From Alphaproteobacteria bacterium (lineage in GTDB: Bacteria > Pseudomonadota > Alphaproteobacteria > Paracaedibacterales > CAITNM01), in NCBI GenBank assembly GCA_947487955.1, contig CANKYV010000004.1, positions 14,892-78,891 on the forward strand: a DNA stretch of 64,000 nucleotides. The letters run 5' to 3'. Position numbers and translations under genes: made by a program. Of this stretch, positions 19,322 through 28,859 are shown piece after piece (position 1 is the stretch's first letter; each line of letters begins with the position of its first letter). The notes beneath the pieces are model-generated. The model did no database searches. It saw only the letters and a program-made list of their open reading frames with translations, and was not told where the DNA came from.

Positions 19322-21236
19322 ATATACCGCATCTCGCACTTACTCCAATTCCTATCAACACGATAAGGATACCAAGCCAAAAGATATTGATGAGAGGTTT
19401 GTGGGTGAGCTCAATTTTTATCCTGTCTTCTTCTTTAAACACAGTAGCGTGAACATCATCTAGCTCTACACGTGTGATCGCCGTTTGATGCTTAGTAACA
19501 CGACTAATGTGAAAATGCTGGATTTCAGGTTGCAACAGTTTTTCAGCTATGGAAATCGTGAAGATTTCTTTGGTGATACTTGGCGATTCGACGCTGGTTT
19601 GAGACATATAATGCAAAGGTTGCGCTGCAAAAGTGGACGACAATTGATTGAGGTTAAACTCCTGTTTGGTGGTAAAAATTTCTGCGTGCGATGCACCCAA
19701 TATACAAAGCCCTACCCCCAAATGCGCAGCAACAAATCCTTTGGTAAAGACAGACTTGATGTGATTAAGAGAACTCAGCATCAACCAAAATCCAACAAGA
19801 GCAGCACAAATGGCGAGAAGATGAAAATGTGGTTGCACAAGCAAACACCAAAGACCAGTGCAAAGCCCCGCGCTGGCAAAGCTCCACCAGTGCGCTTTCA
19901 TATGGGGAGCAAGACCCGCAAAAAGCAGAAGGCCCAATAGGCAGGGGTTGATGTATTGATGAAAAAAGCTTTCGTCGATGCTGATGTTTGCGTTAAGGCA
20001 GATTTTTGCTAGTACGGGAACTAGAATGAGAGCGCAAAATACGACAAGAATGCACAAGAAGCCGATGGGGATGGCGGTGCGGAAAGTAGGCACTGGCCCC
20101 CGTTTTGCAACGGGGAGTCTAGTGGAAAAACCTGGATTCTCACGCGAAGCAAAATCTTCGCTCAGAATGACGCTAAAAGAAGGATTGCCACAGCCCTGCG
20201 GACTTCGCAATGACCTAGTTGCACTAGCGCTTTTTTCGTCATCCTGAGAGAGAGCTAGCTCTCGTGAGGATCCAGTACATAATTTCGACAAGACAGACTG
20301 GATTGCCACGCCTCTTACAGAGGCTCGCAATGACGCAATGGAAATTACGCCAACCATCAATGTGCAAACTCCAAGCCAAATGCCGTTAAATGCATCAAAG
20401 CCAAAACTGTGCACTGAAACAAGCACACCGGAACGCACCAATGTTAATCCTAACATCACGATGGGAAATGTGATGAGCAAGCAAAGTCTTTGCCGGCGTA
20501 CATCATTTCTACAAACGTGCACCGCTGCAGCAATGGCAAGCCACGGGAATAGTGAGACAGTTTCAACCGGATCCCAAAACCAGAATCCTCCCCAGCCAAG
20601 CTCTCCGTAGGCCCAACGAGCACCAAGAGCAAGACCTAGCGTTATGAGGCCAAAACACAAGCGGGTATAAAATGGAATTTTGGGATCATCTGGTGTAAGG
20701 CATGCTTTGATCCAGAGCAGGAAGCATAGAGTTTGACCGGCATATAAAATGGGAGGATGAATAGCTAGATATGGATTTTGCAAGGCAGGATTTAGATCTT
20801 GCCCTGCTATCATTTTGACAGCTAACACCGCGAAGGGGTTTGCAGCAAAATACAGGTAACCACCAAGAGCAAGTAATATAAAAGATGCTAAACGAATACA
20901 TTCACTGTGACGAAGACGTGTTACCCAGGCAGCGAGAAAAGTAAAAAATAGCAACATGGAGCCTTCGTGATTACCCCAAATACCAGCAATTTTGTAAAGA
21001 AGTGGTGTGCTTTGATGTGAATTGAGCCAAACGTTAGCAATAGAAACGGCATCAGTTAAATAGAAAAACAAAAGCACGCCCACAGCAAAAGCGCTTATCA
21101 AAAAAGGCGCCATAAGTTTTGCATTAGTTTTTGCAAAAATATTGCGCACCAAAATGATAGCGAGCACGCCAAAGAGAGCATCGATAAGAAAGGTGAGATG
21201 AAGGATAGGATCAAGCAAGTAATAGAACGTAGTCAT
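19302..21236 (-). CDS. ccmF: Cytochrome c biogenesis heme lyase CcmF, carrying an in-frame palindromic insert
   Basis: WGNHEGS, LNPALQ, IHPP, WAY.ELGWGGFWFWDPVE, RSGVLVSVHSF. Confidence 0.93.
   Translation of the reverse strand: MTTFYYLLDPILHLTFLIDALFGVLAIILVRNIFAKTNAKLMAPFLISAFAVGVLLFFYLTDAVSIANVWLNSHQSTPLLYKIAGIWGNHEGSMLLFFTFLAAWVTRLRHSECIRLASFILLALGGYLYFAANPFAVLAVKMIAGQDLNPALQNPYLAIHPPILYAGQTLCFLLWIKACLTPDDPKIPFYTRLCFGLITLGLALGARWAYGELGWGGFWFWDPVETVSLFPWLAIAAAVHVCRNDVRRQRLCLLITFPIVMLGLTLVRSGVLVSVHSFGFDAFNGIWLGVCTLMVGVISIASLRASVRGVAIQSVLSKLCTGSSRELALSQDDEKSASATRSLRSPQGCGNPSFSVILSEDFASRENPGFSTRLPVAKRGPVPTFRTAIPIGFLCILVVFCALILVPVLAKICLNANISIDESFFHQYINPCLLGLLLFAGLAPHMKAHWWSFASAGLCTGLWCLLVQPHFHLLAICAALVGFWLMLSSLNHIKSVFTKGFVAAHLGVGLCILGASHAEIFTTKQEFNLNQLSSTFAAQPLHYMSQTSVESPSITKEIFTISIAEKLLQPEIQHFHISRVTKHQTAITRVELDDVHATVFKEEDRIKIELTHKPLINIFWLGILIVLIGIGVSARCGIFNGVYK
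20132..20334. repeat. Cluster of four CGTC-type palindromic (REP/RPE-like) units inside ccmF
   Basis: ggattc...gaatgacg; ggattgcc...cgcaatgac; cgtcatcc...ggatccag; ctggattgcc...cgcaatgacg. Confidence 0.85.
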
Positions 21237-21278
21237 GACTGCTGATAAAGGAAAAATTTTTTAATGATAAAAAATTGA

Positions 21279-22070
21279 TTAAATCCACTGCAAGAAGTCT
21301 TTGAGGATGGAAATGACAACTTCTACCAAAATGAGGATGATAATGACCCACTCAAGGAAAGATGAGTGCGCGTGCTTAAGCTCGTTACTGAGGATTTCGT
21401 AGAGTTCGTGTACCACGTTGAGCTTACTGTTTAGGATATTAAGCCGAACTTGAATATCAAGAAATTCAACCGAAAGCTGGTAAAATGGCTCGTAGCGCGG
21501 GCGTTTCCAAAAGAATTCCGGTGTATCAAGGGCAAAGGATTCAAGGTTGATAGAATTTTTTTGGCTAAAGAGTTTGCCAATGTGTTGAGAGATTTTTTTG
21601 CGGGATAAACTGATTTTGCCTTTTTCAGCTAGCTCAGCTGGCATATGGCGCGTGCGCTGAATAGTTTGATCAATATCATGTTCAAAAGCCGCGAGTTTTG
21701 CCGATTGAGAAAGTCCGTAAGAAAGCGAAATTTTTAAAAGTGGATCTTCTGACTGAAGAATTATACGATCTTCTTCTTCATCAATCACCGTTTCAACGCC
21801 ATATTCATAAATGAAGGTATCTTCTTGGATTTTTTCTAGAGGTGATTTTAAAAAGGGAGATAAAGCCTGTAACGCTTCACGTTCTTTGGTGACGTTATAG
21901 CCCCAAAAAACGACTGCTCCATAAGCAAAAACGCACATGGTTTGTTCTGGCTCCATGGACAAAAGTACGACTTCATCATAGGATTGCGCAGCGATCGTTA
22001 GCGATCTAAAGGTCTGAAAAATTCCATTAATATCGTAAGCAATGCCGGTGCAATAGGATGCGCAACGCAT
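21279..22070 (-). CDS. RMD1/DUF155 family protein
   Basis: F.YGAVVFW, SYGLSQSAKL, LDTPEFFW, LEWVIIILI. Confidence 0.88.
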   Translation of the reverse strand: MRCASYCTGIAYDINGIFQTFRSLTIAAQSYDEVVLLSMEPEQTMCVFAYGAVVFWGYNVTKEREALQALSPFLKSPLEKIQEDTFIYEYGVETVIDEEEDRIILQSEDPLLKISLSYGLSQSAKLAAFEHDIDQTIQRTRHMPAELAEKGKISLSRKKISQHIGKLFSQKNSINLESFALDTPEFFWKRPRYEPFYQLSVEFLDIQVRLNILNSKLNVVHELYEILSNELKHAHSSFLEWVIIILILVEVVISILKDFLQWI

Positions 22071-22077
22071 AAGTTAC

Positions 22078-23484
22078 CTATTCTGTAATATGCACAACTT
22101 TTGCGCCATCCATTTTTACAGCATGCTTCATGGCTTTAACTTTTTCCTCAAAAGGACCCATGAGCAAACGGTAAACAATTTCACCATCAGTTGTTTCAGA
22201 TTCTTTGATCTGAGATTTCATGCCCTTTAAATTGTATTTTGCTTGAAAGCGTTTCCATTCTTTAAGAGCCGCAGCCTCTGACTTAACCGTTGCAATCTGC
22301 ACAAAGTAACTACCTTTAAGAGTAGCCTCCGGTTTAGCAATAACTTCTGGTTCATTTGCTTGTGACTGAGTCGCAGGTGCAACAACAGGAGCAGGCATTG
22401 GCACAGCTACTTGTTGCTGAGGCTGTACATTCATAGGCATTTGTTGAGCAGGCATTGGCTGCCCAACCATCGGCTGTTGCTGCATGTTTTGCATTTGTGC
22501 CGGGTGCATACCGCCCTGCACTTGCCCATTTTGCATTGTATTATCAGGTAGATAACCAGGCGCGTTATACATGGGCTGCTGGACCATTTGCTGATTTTGC
22601 TGTTGGTTTTGATCCATAGGAGGTTGAGCCTGCGTATTCATTGAAGGCGCCTCGGGCGGAGGTAGTAATCGCTCAGCTGGCTCTGCATTATTGCCATCAC
22701 TAATCCGGTCATATATCAATTTATCTTGATAAGGAATATTGATACCACCCCGATGATCTGGATGAACCTTGTGAGGACCAACTTCTGCGTGAATAAGTGG
22801 TGGCGTGTCAGATGAAGGAGATTTCGCCCACTTGTACGCAAACCAAGATAAACCTGCAATTAGGGCAACGCCTGCAACAGCCACTAGTAAACGAATCGGT
22901 GAATTTGACTCTTGTTCAGTTTCTGGCTCTTCAAATCCTGAATTTGCTTGAGTTTCTCTCCAGAAATTTAGCGCTCGAACATCTTCTGGTGCATAGCTAG
23001 GGTATGAGGCCTGCCCCCCTTGAGGAGAAGGATACCCTTGAAAATTCCCCATTTGGCTTGCTTGCACTGGGTGCATGTAAGCGCTTGGCCCTTGTTGTTG
23101 AGGCATCTGTGGATTTGGCATACCGTAAGGTTGATTAGGAGCGTGATTTAACATAGGTTGCTGTGGATGGCGCTGGGCCATACTCTGCATTGCTTGTATT
23201 TGCTGAGGAGTATAAAAATTTTCCTCATAATTCTGGAAAAAAGGCTGTGCTGGCTGTTGATTTCCATGAGATTGAGGACCAGGGCCTGATTGTGGTTGTT
23301 GGAAATAAGGATGCTGTGGGGCATAACCAGCGTTAAAATTTGGATCATATCCTTGAGGTTGCCCCATTTGAGGGTACATTGTTGTGTCAAAAGGTTGTTG
23401 TTGACCAGCTGCATTTTGAAAAAATGGCTCTTGCTGAGGTGATTGTTCGCTCACATCGCCTCGGCGCCGGAATTTAAATGACAT
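22078..23484 (-). CDS. SPOR-domain cell division protein (FtsN-like) with Q/P-rich regions
   Basis: Single TM; GPHKVHPD..GG..IPYQDK.IY; C-terminal YFVQIA...YRLLMGPF. Confidence 0.8.
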   Translation of the reverse strand: MSFKFRRRGDVSEQSPQQEPFFQNAAGQQQPFDTTMYPQMGQPQGYDPNFNAGYAPQHPYFQQPQSGPGPQSHGNQQPAQPFFQNYEENFYTPQQIQAMQSMAQRHPQQPMLNHAPNQPYGMPNPQMPQQQGPSAYMHPVQASQMGNFQGYPSPQGGQASYPSYAPEDVRALNFWRETQANSGFEEPETEQESNSPIRLLVAVAGVALIAGLSWFAYKWAKSPSSDTPPLIHAEVGPHKVHPDHRGGINIPYQDKLIYDRISDGNNAEPAERLLPPPEAPSMNTQAQPPMDQNQQQNQQMVQQPMYNAPGYLPDNTMQNGQVQGGMHPAQMQNMQQQPMVGQPMPAQQMPMNVQPQQQVAVPMPAPVVAPATQSQANEPEVIAKPEATLKGSYFVQIATVKSEAAALKEWKRFQAKYNLKGMKSQIKESETTDGEIVYRLLMGPFEEKVKAMKHAVKMDGAKVVHITE

Positions 23485-23619
23485 GCGTTAAGCTCCCCAA
23501 GTAATTCAGGATAAATAAAACTCTTACCTTATAAGATAGTATGTTCTGACGCTAATTGCAAAAAAATGATTTTTGAATATTAAAGAAGTTTAGAAACCAT
23601 AAGATATAACTTGCTGCAG

Positions 23620-23662
23620 TTATCTGCGCCTTTCTTCAAAGAAATTCACTAAAAGTTCAGCG
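23620..23662 (-). repeat. Displaced copy of the tadA 3' end
   Basis: 23631-23662 identical to 24283-24314 (32 bp); encodes AELLVNFFEERRR*. Confidence 0.92.
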
Positions 23663-23663
23663 T

Positions 23664-23948
23664 TTAAATTCTTGATATAGCTTTTTTATAAACAAGGGAT
23701 TTATCACGTTTTCCAATAGCAATCACTTGCACAACAAAGCGGTCTTTATAAATTTTATATACTAATCTGTAGCCAATAGAGCGTAGTTTTATTTTGTAGC
23801 AATCATTCATCCCAAGAAGTTTATCTTTATTTCTGACAGGATTCACAAGGCATTTAGCCAATTTATTTTTGAATTGCTGCTTGATAGATGGTGATAAATC
23901 ATCCCACTCTTTTTTTGCTGATTTTAAAAAAACTAAACTATAAGTCAT
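23664..23948 (-). CDS. relE: RelE/StbE-family toxin
   Basis: AKKEWDDL...CYKIKLRSIGYRLVY...VIAIGKRD. Confidence 0.9.
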   Translation of the reverse strand: MTYSLVFLKSAKKEWDDLSPSIKQQFKNKLAKCLVNPVRNKDKLLGMNDCYKIKLRSIGYRLVYKIYKDRFVVQVIAIGKRDKSLVYKKAISRI

Positions 23949-24186
23949 CGAGGGTAACGGCTATTTCTTCTTCACCCATTCGACTTTTTATAATTTCAAC
24001 AAGATTTTGATCATCAATTAATTCAAGCAATTTTTCGTAGTAATCTGCCGGCACACAATAAAACACAGGTTGATTGTGATTGAGAATAGCTATAGGTTCT
24101 CCGTGACCGTTCTGCATAGTAAGCATAGGATTCTTTTTCAGATCTGATATGCTTGCTGCGTAAAGACTATGAACTTCGTGAACCAT
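23938..24186 (-). CDS. Phd/YefM (StbD-like) antitoxin
   Basis: ASISDLKKNPM...PIAILNHNQPVFYCVP; overlaps the toxin start. Confidence 0.9.
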   Translation of the reverse strand: MVHEVHSLYAASISDLKKNPMLTMQNGHGEPIAILNHNQPVFYCVPADYYEKLLELIDDQNLVEIIKSRMGEEEIAVTLDDL

Positions 24187-24227
24187 AGATTCTCCTTTAA
24201 TTTCTATGATTGTACCACAAAAAAAGC

Positions 24228-24262
24228 ACTTTAAAAAGATTTTTTTAAGGTCTTTTTAAAGT
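24228..24262. promoter_or_regulatory. Inverted repeat, likely TA operator
   Basis: actttaaaaaga-N11-tctttttaaagt upstream of the antitoxin. Confidence 0.6.
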
Positions 24263-24274
24263 CAAAAATCAACA

Positions 24275-24706
24275 TCAGCGCTTTTCTTCAAAGAAATTCA
24301 CTAAAAGTTCAGCGCATTCTTTTTCTAAAACACCACCGATAACTTCAGGCTTGTGATGGGAATGTTCAAAAATTTTTGGGCCGTGCTCTACCCCACCTGA
24401 TTTGACATCGTAGGCACCGAAGACAACCTTGCCAACACGCGCTTGGGCGATAGCTGCGGCGCACATAGGGCAAGGCTCTAACGTGACGTAGAGCGTACAG
24501 TCATTTAAGTATTGGGTTTGTAAATGAGCAAAACCTTGCGAAATGACGATGAGTTCTGCATGGTGTAGAGGGTTTTGGTCAGCGATGCATTGGTTATGAT
24601 CTTGGGCAATGATTTGGTTATTATAAACTAGCACTGCCCCAACGGGGACTTCATTGTGGGATATAGCACATTTTGCCTGATGCAAAGCTTGATGCATATA
24701 GTTCAT
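24275..24706 (-). CDS. tadA: tRNA adenosine deaminase
   Basis: EVPVGAV, HAE, TLEPCPMC. Confidence 0.9.
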   Translation of the reverse strand: MNYMHQALHQAKCAISHNEVPVGAVLVYNNQIIAQDHNQCIADQNPLHHAELIVISQGFAHLQTQYLNDCTLYVTLEPCPMCAAAIAQARVGKVVFGAYDVKSGGVEHGPKIFEHSHHKPEVIGGVLEKECAELLVNFFEEKR

Positions 24707-24779
24707 GGGATAAGTATTTTAGAAATTTCGTTTAAACTAGCATACAAGCACAAGTTTTTTGAAGATATTACTAAAGCGT

Positions 24780-25961
24780 TTAATACTCTCTTGAAAAATC
24801 AACCAGAGCACCCTCTGCATTAAAAGTATACCTTAGATCACCTGAGGTAGCTGTGCTATAAATGGGCAAATGAGTTTGAAAAATTAGCCATTGAGGTTTT
24901 TCGGCTTCCTTAAGATATGTGAAAAACTGCATAAGCTGACCCTTTACATATTCATGGTCACGCGGATCTGGAACACCAATTGCTATTTGATGGTTATCAT
25001 CATAACTAAAAAGACCAGCAGAAGCTCCAAGAGAATCAATCATTGTAAGATCCACAAATGGCTCCACATTAGGATGATAATATCCTTTACTATCACTACC
25101 ATAGTAGCCTGCACTAATTGCTACACGTCTGGGCCTTATTTGGCTGAGCCATAAACCATCATTTGCTCCTTCAGCATCACTAGCACCATGATGACTTTCA
25201 ACAAGCAGCTGCGTATTTTTAAGAGCTTCTCGATGGTCAGGATTTATCATATATCGACGTGTTGTAAAAGCTGAAGCATCGCCCATAATTAAAATATTTT
25301 GACCATTAATACAAAAGCGAATAATAGCGCTATTGGTATTTTCATTATTATGATACGAAGTACCGTGGCCTGCATTTGAGCATAAGATTGATAGATGAGT
25401 GTTTTGAGCTAAACTTTCATCATAAAGAAAGCCACTCTCAGAAAGTGAGTAATTTTCAGTATATTCTGCGACATTAAAGTAAGCACCTCTATCTAAAACT
25501 TCTATCACATTTTCATGCAAGTCTTTCCCATATTTCGTATCATAATTTTCGCGAAGATCTCCTAAAATGAATTGAGTCATTCTTTCAAATAAAATAGCAT
25601 TAAGGTTGAATAATTTTGAAAAAATATTGATATGATCTTTGTCACTATGTGAAGTGATTGCAGCAACTGTATTAATATAGCTAGGAAGATCAGTGCGACT
25701 TTCCCCAAAACCAAGTTCATGCGCAATACGATTGATAATGTCTAAAGGAGCATCAGATGATGTTCCTCCATCAACCATATAATGATGCGAATTTTTATTA
25801 TTTTTTAAAACAGAACAACTACCCTGGCCAACATTTTTTGCAGTAACACTAAAATTAGCACCGTTATTTTGGCATTTTTGAAAATCAGCGACATCAAAAC
25901 CAACTACTGCATGCAGGGTTTGAGATAAAAAAATTATAAGAATTAGAATGAAATTGGGCAT
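24780..25961 (-). CDS. Secreted ComEC/Rec2-like metallo-beta-lactamase-fold hydrolase
   Basis: NVGQG, DGG, SHSDKDH, NTNS, GDA, HHGAS, ISAG, YHP. Confidence 0.8.
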   Translation of the reverse strand: MPNFILILIIFLSQTLHAVVGFDVADFQKCQNNGANFSVTAKNVGQGSCSVLKNNKNSHHYMVDGGTSSDAPLDIINRIAHELGFGESRTDLPSYINTVAAITSHSDKDHINIFSKLFNLNAILFERMTQFILGDLRENYDTKYGKDLHENVIEVLDRGAYFNVAEYTENYSLSESGFLYDESLAQNTHLSILCSNAGHGTSYHNNENTNSAIIRFCINGQNILIMGDASAFTTRRYMINPDHREALKNTQLLVESHHGASDAEGANDGLWLSQIRPRRVAISAGYYGSDSKGYYHPNVEPFVDLTMIDSLGASAGLFSYDDNHQIAIGVPDPRDHEYVKGQLMQFFTYLKEAEKPQWLIFQTHLPIYSTATSGDLRYTFNAEGALVDFSREY

Positions 25962-27334
25962 TTTTTTACAAGAGTTAAAAGGTTAACATACTTAGCAATG
26001 CATACTTCTAAATCTGCCCATTCTGATGTCTTTGGTTTTTCAGCACCTTTGCCTCCTAATAAGTCTCCAGCATGGAAAAAATAGCTCTTAGCAGCCTCAG
26101 TAGCGAGGCGCATCACTTCTCTGCTTGTATCAGTAGAGGTGAGAATACTAATTTCTTTTGAAATTTCCACTTGTTTTCTATACGCCTCTCCAATTCCATT
26201 CTCTGCTGCCAAACGAAAATGATTACAAGCTTGTTCGAGAGCCTCTACTCTTTTTCTTATATCTGTTTGTGAATGCGCAAAGTATTCAGCAAAGTCACCT
26301 GCATCATAAAAAATTTCTGGAAACTCGGTGCCACCTGGTAAGGCGCGAAGATAGTAATCATTAGCCGTAACAAGGTCACGTGGTATAACGCCATGAGCGG
26401 TAGGAAAAACATAGCGATGGAACTGCGCAAGCTTCCAGTAGGCATAGTGTTCTAAATTTAAAGGAGAAGGGAGTGAAGAAGAAGGTGGAGGAGCTAAAAT
26501 ATTAATAAACTCTTTTGCTCTTTCCAAACCTTGTTTAATAATTGTAAATCCATACTCTATAGCACCCCTGCGAGATCCATGATTTTTAGCACCATTAAAT
26601 AAGTCTAAGGATAGATCTTGTCTTTTAAGAGATTTATAAACATGTCCAGCATTCACAAGAATTGTGAGGTTTATTGCTGCAGGTTCTGCCGCAGAAAGAT
26701 TTCTATAAAAAAAATCTTGTTTATCAGGAGCATTTAAAATTTCTTTGGCTTTTCGAATAACCATGCCGTTTTCCGCAGCAAAAGGAATGGAGAGAAGTTG
26801 ATATAAGTCTTGTCCAGTGGGAATTGCACTAAGATTTACTTTTTCATTATTTCCTAAAACAATAATATTTCTAGCTGGTTTAAATCCTAAATCAGCAGAT
26901 ATAAGGACGAGCGCTCTTTCAAAGAAAGACAACTGATTAAAGTTTGTTTTGATAGTATTTCTAAAGGAATTATGAGGAAAAAATAATACTCCAAGAAACT
27001 CACCAACATTAGGATCATCTCCAAGCATCTGTTTCGATTGTTCCATCTCCTCATGAGAAACACCTATTTCACTGTGAATCTGATTCTTTATTTTTGGTGT
27101 TAAAAATTTTTCAGTTTTAAACTTTAGCTCTAACTGCTCCTTCATCACAAAAATCTGTGCTAATTTTTTAGCTCCGATTAATTCCTTAAGACCATCACGA
27201 ACACCAAAATCACTTGCTTCAAATGGAGATAAGCAAAATAAAATTAATAAAGATAACTTATTCCTTGTGCTCAAATTCAATATAGTCAAAACCAGTAACT
27301 CCAAAATTGTATGCTGTATACGCTGGATCATCAA
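25943..27334 (-). CDS. Secreted helical protein with Sel1/TPR-like segments (start probably near 27280)
   Basis: RDLVTANDYYLRA, HFRLAAENGIGEAY. Confidence 0.6.
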   Translation of the reverse strand: MMIQRIQHTILELLVLTILNLSTRNKLSLLILFCLSPFEASDFGVRDGLKELIGAKKLAQIFVMKEQLELKFKTEKFLTPKIKNQIHSEIGVSHEEMEQSKQMLGDDPNVGEFLGVLFFPHNSFRNTIKTNFNQLSFFERALVLISADLGFKPARNIIVLGNNEKVNLSAIPTGQDLYQLLSIPFAAENGMVIRKAKEILNAPDKQDFFYRNLSAAEPAAINLTILVNAGHVYKSLKRQDLSLDLFNGAKNHGSRRGAIEYGFTIIKQGLERAKEFINILAPPPSSSLPSPLNLEHYAYWKLAQFHRYVFPTAHGVIPRDLVTANDYYLRALPGGTEFPEIFYDAGDFAEYFAHSQTDIRKRVEALEQACNHFRLAAENGIGEAYRKQVEISKEISILTSTDTSREVMRLATEAAKSYFFHAGDLLGGKGAEKPKTSEWADLEVCIAKYVNLLTLVKKCPISF

Positions 27335-27665
27335 TCCAAGCTCTTATATTAATTCTTGCCCCATCATAATCTGTTGACCATTTAGCAAAAATTTCTTGTA
27401 AGTCAGGAAAATATTGGTAAAGAAGAGACAGAGTTAATTCAGTAGGAAGCAATGATGACTCAAGTGACGTTTCTTCTTCTATAGCATCACCTTTTTCTGG
27501 CGGAGTTATTCTTATGTCTAACTTAACTCCCTTTCCAACCGCTTGGCTTCTTTCTTTGAGTAAATTCATATTTACTTTGCCAATGAGAGGGCAGTGCTCT
27601 TCTTCCATTGCCAACAATGAGCCCATTAAGAATGGTGCAAAAAGTGCCAGTGCTAGTTTTTTCAT
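27258..27665 (-). CDS. Small secreted hypothetical protein
   Basis: ggagg RBS; signal ending LLA-ME. Confidence 0.75.
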   Translation of the reverse strand: MKKLALALFAPFLMGSLLAMEEEHCPLIGKVNMNLLKERSQAVGKGVKLDIRITPPEKGDAIEEETSLESSLLPTELTLSLLYQYFPDLQEIFAKWSTDYDGARINIRAWIDDPAYTAYNFGVTGFDYIEFEHKE

Positions 27666-27880
27666 TTCAGCCTCCCTTGGTTAATATTAATACAGCAAAG
27701 ATTAATTTTTCATTTAAACCATGCTTACAATAGTACTTTTATCCTAAATATTATGGAAAGAGAAGGATTATTTTAGTTTTAATTCTCGTAATAAGGTAAA
27801 GAAATCCACATGTTACAGTAGATAAAATGTTAAAATCTCAATACCTTATTTACGATACATGAGAATACGTCCTTCGGATC

Positions 27881-28321
27881 TCACCGAAAAGGCGCTTGAA
27901 CATAGTTCATTACTTCTTTTAATGGTGCCTTAGTGAGGTCCTTATCAATTTCATGCACTACCTTAGAAATCACATGAGGCGACAAATGCTGACGCAAGCA
28001 TCCCAACACAACAGGCGCTGCAATGAGAATTAGTTGATCATAATTTTTGGCTGTGTTGTGAATAATTGCTGCTATTTTAGTTGCAAATGTTTCTTTCTTA
28101 AAATGATACCAATCGGAATGAGAGGGATAACTATGAATGCCTCTATTTGCAATGCCTTTGCCTACTTTTCCAGGGGTAGACGCACCTTTATCTTGGTGAA
28201 TTGTCACATCATCGGCGGCATGGTGAGTAGCCATGATTGGCACCAGGTTACGGTTACTTTTAGTTAAAAACTTGGCACGAGTGCCATCGGCTATTACTAC
28301 ACAAGTGGTTTGTTCTTTCAT
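27881..28321 (-). CDS. Host attachment protein (AtsE-like) family
   Basis: VVIADGTRAKF...LILIAAP..LG.LR...EIDKDLTK. Confidence 0.85.
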   Translation of the reverse strand: MKEQTTCVVIADGTRAKFLTKSNRNLVPIMATHHAADDVTIHQDKGASTPGKVGKGIANRGIHSYPSHSDWYHFKKETFATKIAAIIHNTAKNYDQLILIAAPVVLGCLRQHLSPHVISKVVHEIDKDLTKAPLKEVMNYVQAPFR

Positions 28322-28600
28322 CGCATATCCTCCCTCTGAAATCTGCCCAACGGTAGAAGGCTTATGTTCGAAACAAAAGCGTAAAAGACATACGATTTTT
28401 CACGTTGATAATCGAAAGCAAAGACATTTGCAGACAATGCGGTCAAAAAGATATTACTCAGAACTACCCCAACAACATCGCTATTTATTCCTCTGGATAA
28501 AAAATTCATCAGGCTATATTAATTGCAAAAAATCATTGCGCATAAAACGCATAAGTGTTATTCAAAATAAGCAATACAGCGCTTAGCAGTGCGCTTCCTC

Positions 28601-28845
28601 TTTGTTAACCTTTTATTAACTTATCCCCAAAATCTGTGGATAAATCATTGGATAAATCTTGAATAAATACACACGCTCGAGGCCAGGGTTCATGTCTGTT
28701 CCCTTTGCTGAAAAAACAGGCTAGTCCCTTAAACTCCTTCCTTTCTGCCCATTTTAAAAAAAATTATCAAAAAATTTTATTTAATTTTGCATTAGCTACT
28801 TATTCGTAATTCGTGAAAAAAATCTGTGGATAACTCTGTGTCAAC
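28601..28845. promoter_or_regulatory. DnaA box and CtrA box cluster (candidate replication origin)
   Basis: TTAA-N7-TTAAC 28605-28620; TTATCCCCA 28621; TGTGGATAA 28635 and 28825; IHF-like TATCAAAAAATTT 28765. Confidence 0.55.
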
Positions 28846-28859
28846 CCATAAATTATCGA

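Noticed and set aside
24780-25961. comEC competence gene
   Set aside because: The multi-pass membrane competence domain is missing; only the MBL-type domain is present.
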